From Lingula anatina (taxonomy: Eukaryota; Animalia; Brachiopoda), in contig CM120642.1 in NCBI GenBank assembly GCA_051362555.1, positions 1,612,001 to 1,676,000 on the forward strand: a DNA stretch of 64,000 nt, in the 5' to 3' direction. This document shows, piece by piece, positions 1 through 11,655 of the stretch (position 1 is its first letter; each line of letters begins with the position of its first letter). The notes beneath the pieces were generated by a model. The model was given only the letters and a program-made list of their open reading frames with translations. It was not told the origin of the DNA and made no database searches. A program made the translations under genes and the position numbers.

Positions 1-113
1 TCAACCACACCTGACACAATCCAAACATCAACCACACCTGACACAATCCAAACATCAACCACACCTGACACAATCCAAACATCAACCACACCTGACACAA
101 TCCAAACATCAAC
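1..113. repeat. 27-bp tandem repeat (tcaaccacacctgacacaatccaaaca), about 4 copies, truncated by the window edge, intronic
   Basis: Exact 27-bp period from base 1; ends about 35 nt before the acceptor at 148-149. Confidence 0.95.
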
Positions 114-149
114 CCAAATATCTGACAGGTGTATCTTACATTGACCTAG

Positions 150-353
150 GTAGTGCCCTACAGTGTCATCATGATGCTGGCCTTTGAATACATGAAGAGA
201 CCATTCCTGTTCTACAACAGATACACCACCAGTCCCTGGTTTGAGGAGTTCTGTCCAGGGGTGGACCAGTCCCTCAGGCCGCATGAGTTGGAGGAGTGGT
301 ATCGACAGAGAGCTAATTTAGAGCGCAGGCCACCTGTGCTCATAGATGATTGA
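150..353 (+). CDS. SLC25A43: Terminal coding exon of a mitochondrial carrier, SLC25A43-like
   Basis: ctag|GTA GTG CCC acceptor. VVPYSVIMMLAFEYMKR...SP...PGVDQSLRPHEL resembles my recollection of the SLC25A43 C-terminus (VPY..FE.CKR..SP..PGVDQSL.P.EL). TGA at 351-353. Confidence 0.8.
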   Translation, partial: VVPYSVIMMLAFEYMKRPFLFYNRYTTSPWFEEFCPGVDQSLRPHELEEWYRQRANLERRPPVLIDD

Positions 354-1020
354 CTTAGAATGTGTGATATCCCTGCTTTGAATGTGAACCCATGTTTTAT
401 GTCTAGCATTGCCCTATCTGGTAGTTTAAAGTTAACTGAACAATCATTGAAATTTTGACTTGTATAAATTTTTGATTAGGATAACTTCATACTTTTTTTA
501 TCTCTGCTGAGGATTTGACTCTTTGAATTTGGGATAATAAGATTGACTGAATTTTTCAGTGGTGATAAGGTTATCTCCAGTTATAGTTTGACTGTTAAGA
601 CTGTCATGTACATTTTGAAAACTGAAATGGGTAATTTTTTTTCTGAAAAAAAAAAATAAATAAATAAATAAATAAAATGATAAAAACTGAAAGATTTGTG
701 TGATTTTAGTGAAAAAATTAGCAGGCCCCAAATCACCCTGGCACTTTTTCCTCTTTTTGAAGTACATTAACAAATTGTGTTGTTTTACACTTGAAAAATA
801 CGTTATTATGACATTCGAACTGAATGGTTACAATAGTTCACTGCATTTTTACTGTGAGTCGATATGGATTTTTATATTTGCAAATATATTATTCATTTAA
901 AAAGTGTTCCATGCCTTTGAAATATAATCATAGACTAGATTTAAAAGGCATAATGGGGAAAATACAAAAAAATTGAAAATCTCACAAGCATATCCATAAA
1001 GTTGACAGTACTTTGCAATC

Positions 1021-1051
<31 letters not shown>

Positions 1052-2260
1052 GAAATTATGAAATCTTAATAATAATTTAGGGTGTAACATATTTGATATA
1101 ACTTGAAAAATCTAAATTAACATCAAAAATGTGTTTTTTCTTTCTGTGACACTCCATACAGTGGGGTTAGAAATTGCAAACACGCTTGAGCTGAGACTCT
1201 TGTTGAAGGAGTAACTGATCTGCGAAATGTCAAGTAAGTGGTTTGTGATAAAAGATGAAATGCAATTCATTACAAATTGTACAGTAACTGCATTGTTTGT
1301 GCTCAATGTCATTTCCTGGGACATAAAAATGCTTTTTACTCATTGTGGTGTCTGAAGAGCATTCTATATGAAGTTGTATTATTTTACACCCATTTAATTA
1401 AATATTGATAAATCTAGGATATTGTTAATAGAAATCTACATGATATGTATCCAGACTTTGAGTGACTTGGATTCAGGGTATATAATCTCCATGTGGTCTG
1501 TTCTGGGGACAAAACACACTGTTTGCTATTTAAATTTCACTTGATAATAAAATCCATACGTCCAATAGAATGCTGTAATAAATGCATTACTTGTTCATTA
1601 GTCTGATTTGAATAGTAATTTTATACCATCAAAGTGATGTGTTTTCTGATTTGCTACTGTATAGCCAGCAATTTTAAAGGAAGGGGGGGGGGGTCTTTTT
1701 CTGTATGGGTGGAGCATATTACCCCCTATGTTGACCCATTGAAGAAATGACATAGAATCTAGAACAAATGTTGATTAACAGCAGACCTTTTCCTCCCAAA
1801 AGGGGATTTTTTCGACCCCCCCTGCCCCTCCTGGGACTTCAGCTTGGTCATAATGTTAGATTTGTGGATATACATATATACGTATAGTTGGGTGTGGACA
1901 GGACAAATAATTTGCTGTGCTGGCTATGAAAAAGTTTCAGGTGAGCATGGCTTTGACATAGTATGCTAAATACACTGTGGATTTGCAAATGTACGTAGAA
2001 CCTTAAATATTTGCTTTGACTGTAGAGTGCAATAAACGCAGGGTAAAGGGAGCGAAAATAAACAAATAAATGAGGGTCTGTGAAGGCATTATATACAAGG
2101 TAGCAGAGAGAGCTACCAATGAGTAAAACTTGGAGTGCATTTGTATATCATTTTTCCCTTCTAATTCTTAAAATATGATAAAGATATCACATTCCATAAT
2201 ATTTTTGATGATATATTCAAGGTTATCAGAAGATTTTTATTTTATATTTCTTTATTTTAG

Positions 2261-2412
2261 AGGCAGTGTTGTAAGTGATAGCAAGGTGAAGTGGTCTTCT
2301 TGAGCCCCAAGTACAACAAGTGTGTTGTCATATGTATATCCACAGGTGTTGTACTCGTAAATAGCTTCAGCCCAACCCTTGCACATTCATTTGGGGATGT
2401 GACAAACAACAG
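2261..2412 (+). other. Candidate non-coding 5'UTR exon of SLC6 gene A
   Basis: Long T-rich tract ending tttag| and a strong CAG|GTAAGA donor; no ATG-initiated frame stays open to the donor; exon 6568 has an acceptor that needs an upstream exon. Confidence 0.4.
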
Positions 2413-2562
2413 GTAAGAGAAGTCAGAATTTTTGAAATGTGTAAATTATTTTCTTTTTTTTTTTTTGTGCTATAATACCAATTCATTTGTTTGTAGATTG
2501 AAGGTGTTATTATAGAATATCTTTTCAGGTGAAAAGAGCATTGTTTGATATAATTTTATATC

Positions 2563-2705
2563 CAGAGTTGCCAACTCTAGCTATACATGCATATTCTACA
2601 TGTTATTTAGTCTGGACCCCCATTGTTTACAGGTATTATTCTATTGTGAATAAGATATTAGAATATAGATTGTGCATTTTTATCACTGTTATGTTGGCAA
2701 ATCTA
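2563..2705. mobile_element. Short MITE-like element with cagagttgccaac / gttggcaaatcta inverted ends
   Basis: Imperfect terminal inverted repeats; related copy at 22048-22192 and a partial copy near 32630-32735 share internal sequence (ttgtt.acagg, actgt.atgttgg). Confidence 0.6.
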
Positions 2706-3799
2706 GAAATTTTAGCTCTGTACCAAGGATCCTTGTATCATGAAGTTAGAAGTTAGTTGGTTGGTAATATGTTATACTTTCCAGATAATAGCAAAAAATA
2801 AAAATGAATAAATAAATAAATAAACTATGAAACAAAACAATTAAACTTCAGATTGGTTACAAAATAATTTTAGGGGTGTTTTCATAAACAATTAAAATGA
2901 CTGATCTCCTCTAAATTTTCTTTAGCATTTTTTGGTCACAATTATTGTTAAGTTTTATACAGCCAGCTCAAAATAAATTTGTATGAACTAAGGCAATTTG
3001 TTGTTTAGATATGGTTGTTAGTGACTTCATGAAATTAGATCGACAAAAATAATTATCAACACGTCATAGTTTTGATCCAGGACAAACAGACAAGCACTGT
3101 TCTGTAAAAGACACTGCAATAATAAAAAGAAAAGGATAAAATGAGGTTGAAAATCCTTTTTTTTTTTGCGTTTTTTCCTTTCTAGCAGTCATTTGAGACT
3201 GCTGTGCCAGACAGATCTGGTAAGCAGCTCTAACATAGGTGATTGGAATTACGGTGACGATCCATAACATTGTCACACAAGATTACACGTCAAAGTAGAA
3301 AGCACCCAGAGCCAGTAAAGAACAGGTAGAGTGCACTCACACAACCAATGGCTTGCATGTGTGAAAGTATGCTGTGATGGCTTTCCTCAAGTTTTTCACC
3401 ATATGGGTTTATTGAACCATAAAGATAAGACCTTCCCCTTTCACACTTAGGAAAAAAAAAGGAAATGGCCTAGAGATAAGTGGTAGGTTATTGTGTATTG
3501 CATAGTGGTGTTTTTGAATATTTTAACTTGAAATTGGCCTTGAAAAATGGTTGAACATTGAAATGTGTTTTGATTGTATAGCAGGTGGATTTCGACAACT
3601 AATAGTTATATCCATTCAAAGGGCAGACAGAGCTGTCATCTGTGTCTTCCAGAAGACAGTCAGAATTTTTCAAGTTTAAATTGATGGGCATTTAATTTTT
3701 TCTGCCAGAAGGTGGTCAAAAATGGAGGATGGATCAACAAAGGTGATTTGAAAGACTGATAGAAATTGTCTTTTTTGGGGTTGCCCCTTCATTCATTTA

Positions 3800-3836
<37 letters not shown>

Positions 3837-4699
3837 TCTCTCTTAAGTAGAAGACGAGACATAAGGGAGACATCTACATAATAGACACAACTTGCTAATT
3901 CCATACCTCAAATGTGTATGAAAAGATAAGTTTATAAATTACAGTGGACATGCAGGTCTATTGTATTGGACAATGGTCAGTGCCACAATAATAAATATAT
4001 CACCAGGGTAGCTGGCTATCCATCTTTTCTTTGAAGGCTTTCAGATGCTGCTGAAGGCAGAGAGTGGCTATTAGTTTCTGGTTTGTGCAACAGCCTGTGA
4101 CATGTATTTAATTCCCATGGAGAACAGGTAGAGTGTGATATATAATGTATTGATGGCAATGTAGCATACAGGTATATTGTGTGGCTGAAATATTAAAGAA
4201 TGACCAGTGGATAAAAAGTCAGTTCAGAGAGATCCATGGTGATTTACATGAGTTAGTTGAAAACGGCATAATTTCAAGGCATTGATCTTAACAAAACTGC
4301 CAGGACACCACCTGAGTTTTAACAAGGTAAGAAAGTTTAAACATTTTAAGTTGAATAAGTTGAAAATAGCATGATTTCAAGCCATTTATCTGTACAAAAC
4401 CTCCAGGTGGCTTAACAAGGTAATAAAATTTGAAGACTTTTGAAGAATTTTTTCACCAGTAGAATTCTCACTGGGCCACAACAATTATTTTAATGACTTC
4501 AAATCCTTAGTGTAGTTTTATGTTTCATCTGTATTTATTCAGTTTGGTTGGCAGTTAGGAGCTATTTATACTTCATTTAAAATGGTGGATGATTTAGGTA
4601 TATATATATATATACTGGTATTGTCACATAAGTAATTGGACACCTGATTGTAAAATGTGTTAGCATCTAGCAGAACATGCATGGAATAAGAGTTATGTA

Positions 4700-4900
4700 C
4701 AGGCTTGCATATAGCCAGCAATTTTGAAAGAAGTTTTTTTTAATAGACTAATATGTTTACCCTTTAAGATAATTACCCCACCCCCCAAACTTGAAAAAAA
4801 GGCATAAAAGCTAGAGCAATTTTAATTCAGAGTGAATCTTTTCTGTTCAAAATGTGGTGCTTTTGAACCCCTCTAACCCCATCCCTCTGCCTACAGGCCT
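4700..4900. mobile_element. Degenerate dispersed MITE-like repeat (caggc...tagccagc ... ctgcctacaggc)
   Basis: Related segments near 1660-1830 and 20050-20225 share tatagccagcaa, agcagacctttt and cctgcctacaggc blocks. Confidence 0.45.
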
Positions 4901-6592
4901 CATATATGAGTAAAGGTTAGGAGTCAAATTATGAAAATGCAGATATGGTAGTATGTTTGCTTTCTGGGGCTCCAGTGTTGTACCAGGTCTCATTGATAAA
5001 TTATATTGACAACTGACATTGTAATTCAAGATCACGAATAGAGTCTTATGATAGCAAGAAATAGCTATTAGTTTTGGTCACCTCTTGCTGAATACCAGAA
5101 TAATATCTAAAAAATGCATTCAGACATATTGCAAATAATTTGACACAGTGTTTTAGATAAATTAATGTGGTGAAACTTAGCTGACGGATTTTTTATTTTC
5201 AGTTTTTTAACTGTTTAGGTCCTTTTTTTCCCTTTTTGTGCTATGATTGTTTTAATGTATGTTACATTTTGTTTGTTTAAAATTTCTAAATTAAAGAATA
5301 ATAGTTTAGTGAAAATATATTTTCAGGCACAAGTAGTTATGTTAGTAGCTACAGCAACAGAATTTTATTTAAGGAGAAACTTGACTCTGAATTTGAACTG
5401 AAACAAAAAAGTGACTGGCAGAATTTTTGGTCTTGAATTTGAAGTGAACAGGTCACTTATATTTACATTGTATTGAATTGTATTTTTACACCTTTCACAG
5501 ATGCCAATGAATGAAGTGCTTTTGCATTTGGTTCTGTACAAATATTTATGGTCATCTATTGTATTGCATTGAATATCATACAGGCTTAACTGAAATGTAT
5601 GGGCAGCGAGTTGTTTTGCTGAAGTGTATCGTGTTTTAATTTGTGCACACTGTTTAAAACAGCTACACTGAGCAAAACAAAGGGAGAGTATTATGATATA
5701 CTTGGACTGATTTTTGTATTAGGTTTAACTCATTCACTGACTTAAATATAAGGTCAGTGCACCCATTTAGGAAGCCAGCACCAAAAAGTTGTCACACACA
5801 GAGAACTGTAATGTAGCGAGTACCTAGCCAAAACTGTACAGAAGGTAAACTTACAAGTTGAGTGACATACAAATATTGGCCAGCCCAGGAGAAAAGACGG
5901 AAGGGACAGTTTAATAACAGAAATAGCTCAAAGACAGGGGCTCGGATTTAAGCTGGTTTGAGTATAGATATTGCCAAATTAATTCACCAGTGGTTTTAAT
6001 GAATATGCATGCAGGGTCTTCCTATGATGTCATCCAGACCCAAACTGGTTCAGTAAAGATTGAATACAAAGCATACAGTAAATACATGTGACAGATGGAA
6101 TACAGTGGGCTTCAAGTTCAACAAGCAAAATACAGTACACACTGCGGAAATGGTCACCTTATACCATGCATTATTGTTATCTCCAAAACAAATCTTATAA
6201 AATTAATTTTTCTATGGCATTTACTAAAATTGATATGTACATTGCCTGACTCAGATCTTTGTGTATCTGGCACAAACTTTCTGATCTATGCCACAAAAAC
6301 TCCTGAAAAGCAAAAATTGATATCATATTAAACAGGTCGTCATGGCACCTTGGATAAAAACATCATGTTCTCTCGTTCTATGATATTAAGTGCATATTTT
6401 CAGCTACATAAAACATTTGTTATTTTGTCTGAGAAACACCAGCTGTTTACAGTATTTGTTCTAGATATGTTTTCTTTAATATTGCTTGTTTATAAACAAC
6501 ATCATTAGGAATCACTGTACTGCAGGAACAAGTTATCAATTTCTGACATTTTTGTCATTTGTTTCAGAACTTAAGGATATTCTCATAAGAAA

Positions 6593-6817
6593 ATGACAGA
6601 GCATGAAAAGAAAGTAACATTGGACGTGCCAAGGACAAGGAGAGAAAAGAGATCTCCTCGTGAGTCATCTCGGGACAGTCAGATATCACAACTGCAGGTG
6701 CCCTCTGTGAGCAGAAGAGTTGTTATGCCAGGGCCTACAGCCAGTCAGATATCACAACTGGAGCAGGTGCCCTCAGTGAGCAGAAGAGTTGTTATGCCAG
6801 GGCCTACAGCCAGTCAG
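6593..6817 (+). CDS. Gene A first coding exon (cytoplasmic N-terminus)
   Basis: Acceptor tttcag|6568, aaaATG, 75 codons, CAG|GTAGGT phase 0 matching exon 11182. Confidence 0.75.
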
Positions 6818-9800
6818 GTAGGTACTAGGTGTAGAATTTTTTTGTTACTATTCAGGTATGCTGAAAACATTTTAAAAACAGTTAGACATTTTGACTGGCA
6901 GTTTGAAAAAATTGCCAGATGAAAGGGCTTTTTGCCAGACTTCTTTTTTCTTAAAAACTGTGGTCAGGCCCATGGGCTGATTAAACAATATTTCACAGAT
7001 GCTTAAAATTTTTATGAGTTATGATTAGTAAATCTAGACTGAAGGTTTTAGCATGTCTATTTCTTTGCAGTTAACTATGTTATGAAAAAAATTTTGACAG
7101 TTATTACATGTTGTATTTGAGAGATATTCAATTGCTAATAACAATGAAAAATGAACTATAGCGATGGCAACATATAATTTATACACACCTCCAACACAAA
7201 TAAAAAATATTAACAAAGGATGTATGATACTCATAAGTATAAAATCTGTTGTATGACACAATTTGAACAAGATGATGGAGATGATTTCATGATTTGATTT
7301 TATTTACTTTATGCTTTCTTTCACTTCAGCAGTTTTACACTCATGTTTTTGTCCTCAGTACTTTGTGAATGATGAGCAAACAACTTTATTAAGATTATCA
7401 TCATGAGATAGCATTCAATAGCCCTAGCAGTTAAGAGTCAATGGATCAAACAGGCACACATCTTGGCACTGTCTTGCTACTTTTCTTATAAAAACTGTTT
7501 CTGAGAAAAGTAATTAGCAGTCTGTTAGTATCATCTGAGAAGATAACCACCCTTTGATAGGTTTACCACATGTGTACATCAGAGGTATATGTGTATGTAT
7601 TGTCTGTAGTACAAGGTAATGACATGGTTGATTACTTCTGTTTTGTTAACCTCATACAAGTTCAATGTCCTTAGTGTACCAATACAAGGTCATTGTCCAT
7701 AATGTGCACATGCGCCCCCCCCTTTCCTCAACCCCCTCCCATTCACTATTCAGTAATTTAACCCAAAATCCAGATACAGAGCTGCATATCTTAGGTGCTT
7801 GCATTTAAAAAGCTCTGAACTTTCATTTCTGTTATATCAATCCATTGGAGGTAACAAATTATCTGCTGCATGTGGAAATTCAAATTGCAACTGATTGTAT
7901 AGGTTATTGTTAGCTTTCAGTCAAGAATTACTGCTAGCTTTCAGTCAACTGACCTCCACCCCCAACAGGTGTATTACTGGTCTATTACAGAATACTCCCC
8001 TTGGAGAATGAAGCAAGTAATGAAAAAAAAAAAGGGTCGAAATATGTTTATTCCGTAATTCACATCCTAGCACAATGGATTTAGCTGCAGATATTGTGGT
8101 AGGTGTGATGAAAACATTCTTTAACATGTTGAATGGGCACCATTGGGAAGACTTGGCTATCAGTAGCGAAAAGTGGAATTCCGCATTTTTTATTGAATTT
8201 TGATGGTTCTTAAGATTTGTCAAGGTTCAGTGTTGGGTCCCATGATAAATGTTCAGAGGTTTTTTAAACCTGGGCTCATGTCTGACAAGCTCAGCTTGTT
8301 AACATGAATCAAAAGTTTGTAATACCTATCATTTTTTTTCTCAGATATCTTTATTTAACAGCAATATTACTATGTTACACCAGTGATTTCAAAGTTCGTT
8401 ACTCACTGGTACATGTATGTTGCGCAATTTTCCTGTCAACCCCATGGCTATATCATGCTGACTACATGCATATCCTACTTGATGAGATAAATTAGATACA
8501 GTAAAACTACTTACACTACCTTTTTGTAACCTGTCAGGCATAACGTAGCCAAAAGCAGGGGCAGATTGAGGCTGTCTTCTGGGTCTTATGGAAGGCGGTA
8601 TGATTTTCAAGTTTACATTGACTGGTATCTAATTTTTTCTGTTGGAGGATGGTCAAAAATGGAGGATGGATCAAAGATAATTTGGAAGACTGTCAAAAAA
8701 TAACTCTGAATCTGCCCCTGGAAAGTATAATTAGTGGTGGCATGTCAAGATAAGCCAATTCTTGACAGATTCTTACTGGGCTCTGTTTCTCGAAAGGTTC
8801 ACTATGTTGCGCACATGCGCAAGCGTCTCTGTTTTATAACTCGCCCATACTCGTTCCATATAATGCATTGTAGCCTCTATTTGATATAGCGATTCGCAAT
8901 ACGTGATGCTTTCGAGATACGGAGCCCTGGTTCACAGAGACCATGGAAACCCTTGGATTTGCCCTGGTTGTAGTACCTATGTCTTTTATCTAACTTTTCT
9001 TCTTTTTTGTAAATGGTGGGGTGGAAAAGTTTTTTTTGTGAATTCCATTTTTGAAAAAGCCTACTCTCTAGGGGATAAGAAAAACATTTTTAATTAAATT
9101 GTGCAGTAGCAAAAAGTGATTCCCCTAATTAAAAAATACTGCTCCAAAGTGAATTTGACAATTTAAATTCACAATTAATTATCACTCCAAGGAGAAGCAC
9201 AATTTCATTGAAATTAATTGATAAAGAGAAAGGGGGCACCTGTAGATAAGACTAGTCCTACATATCCAAGTAGGTGATTACAATTTGACAGAGCAGGTGA
9301 GCAGTTCTCTTTTACCTGTAACCAATACCAGCTACTTAGTATTGAAGAACATGTACATGCTAACAATAGCTGTCCCAGTCAGGGCAGAAGATTGGTTACC
9401 TCAATGAGATGAGCTGTGACTGAAGTAGCAGTAGTAGAGCAACAGAGGAGAGGCTGTTACAGGAAATATAGTCATGAAACCCAGAAAAGCTGTGGTGTGT
9501 AGTAAGAGAGTGGCGATAGTGGTGAGTGATATTGTTGTCATGTGAATTCTCAGAAAAAGGTTCTCATGGTGTTTTTTTTTTTTTTTTCAGTTACTGGGGT
9601 GCTGATTGTTATTGTAATTTAGTTGTACTTGTTGACTTCTTTCCACATCGGAGGTAGCTTTATAGTATAAAACAGCAATAATGGTATTAGTCACAATTAT
9701 AATTATTACACTATATGTGTCTAAGAGAGTCGCTTTTTTCGCTTTTTTTGTGAAATGACCCTTGTACCAGTTCAAGCATAGAAGGTACCAGTACGTGACT

Positions 9801-11615
9801 GCTGAAGCAGGTAGCTAGTATAATACTTGTAGCATTATGTAGTACTATGTGTATCAAGGCACAAGATTTGTATTTCCATTGGATATAGGACCTAACTTAG
9901 GAAGACTCATCCCAAGGGGTAACCTTATTATTAAGGAGTAAGGCCCTTTAAACATCACATGGTGCAGTTTTCAGTACCACTCCAGTTTGACTGGACTGAA
10001 AGTGGAATTATGCTTTGGTGGATTTTAGTTCCCTTTCATAAGCCCCAGTGTACCAATTATTATTAATTTGGTTAACTGGCCATGTGAAGTGTAGAGAATC
10101 TGTTTTGGTAACTCTCTTATGTAATAGCGAAAAAAAAATGTGGTGCTGAAATGTATCGGTTCTTTGGGATGATCTTCAAAAGCCCCTTGAAAAAAAAAAA
10201 AAAGTTTAATGAGTTGAACTCATTCCCAGGCTTTCCATAAGGTGATATATTTGATATTCCAGACATAGGTATCATTTCTGTCTTCACGCACCAACTTCGT
10301 GTTTTCAGTATCAATTTCTCACATAGTCATCTCATTGGGTTGGCTCTACCTTTTATAGTTTCAGTATGTAAATTAAAGGCAATGTAGGAATAAGTATTAA
10401 TAGTAAAACTGCCCTTTTTTAAATATGTCATTTATTTGTTTATTTATAGAAGTTATTAATTATGATTATTATTATTTTCTGATTGAGGATAGGGAGATTT
10501 TCTTACTTTATTTCTGAATGGTATTGAATGAACTCCTCACGTGCTTGGTGAGCACCCTTGTTATAGTATATCTCATATTGTATCCAAAGTTATCCTTTGT
10601 TGGTGTTATTGCATTAGCTTGCACACCTGTGGGATGCTGTCATCTATCAGATAGTTGTCTCCGCTGAACCTGAAATTGTTCATTCAAAAAATAAAAAAAG
10701 AGAAGAAGACTTAGCGGGTTGCATTATAATTTAAAACTAGACAGTTAATAGTGCTAGAAAAAATGTTGCATTTTTTGCACCAGCATTTTGAATAATTTTT
10801 GTCAAAACTTTTTTCAGAGTTATGCAAAAAGAAGACATTTTGGTTCAACTTTCCAGCTACATAATCACTGAAATAATTGTTCAGCATGGGGATAAAATTG
10901 ATATTTCATTGAAGTAAATCTGAATTTTACAAGTGTCACTTTGTAGAATAACATTCTGTCAGCATGTGAGTTTGGTTGGGTGGTATAATTGAGGGATAAC
11001 ATAGATATTTAAAATATGCAACAAAAATAAAGTGAGGGCCAGGGTTATCAGCTTGAGCAGTGAATATGTTAGAGGTCAGTTATCACAGAGAGCTTTTCCT
11101 CTTGTAAAACAAACCATTTTTAGGAGATTTTATACCAAGTGCCTGGGAAAATTTAAAACATGATATAACATTTGTCTTTAGGCCCAAATCATCAATGCCC
11201 CCACCTACACCCACAGAGAAGATGATAACAACTATATTGGTGATGTCAGCATGGACCACCTGGAGAGAATGGTCTGGTCTCGTAAGCTGGAGTTCATCCT
11301 CTCCTGTCTGGGCTATGCCGTGGGACTGGGGAACCTGTGGAGGTTCCCGTATATGTGTTATAGGAATGGAGGAGGTGAGGTGGCTTATTGACTTTTGTTA
11401 AAGCTTTTTTTCTGTGTGTGTGTCTGCATGTGTGTGTGCGTGCATGTGTGCATGCTTTTTTTCCAGATTGTAATTCAGGGATGGAAAATAAGTATTATAG
11501 GTAGTTTTGTTGAATGTTACTTTTGGAATGTTTGGAATTTTATTTGATTTAAAGTGTTGATTACTCTCTCTCTTTCTTTCTCTCAGATTTAAATTGTAAA
11601 ATTAGTAATTGTCCA

Positions 11616-11655
<40 letters not shown>

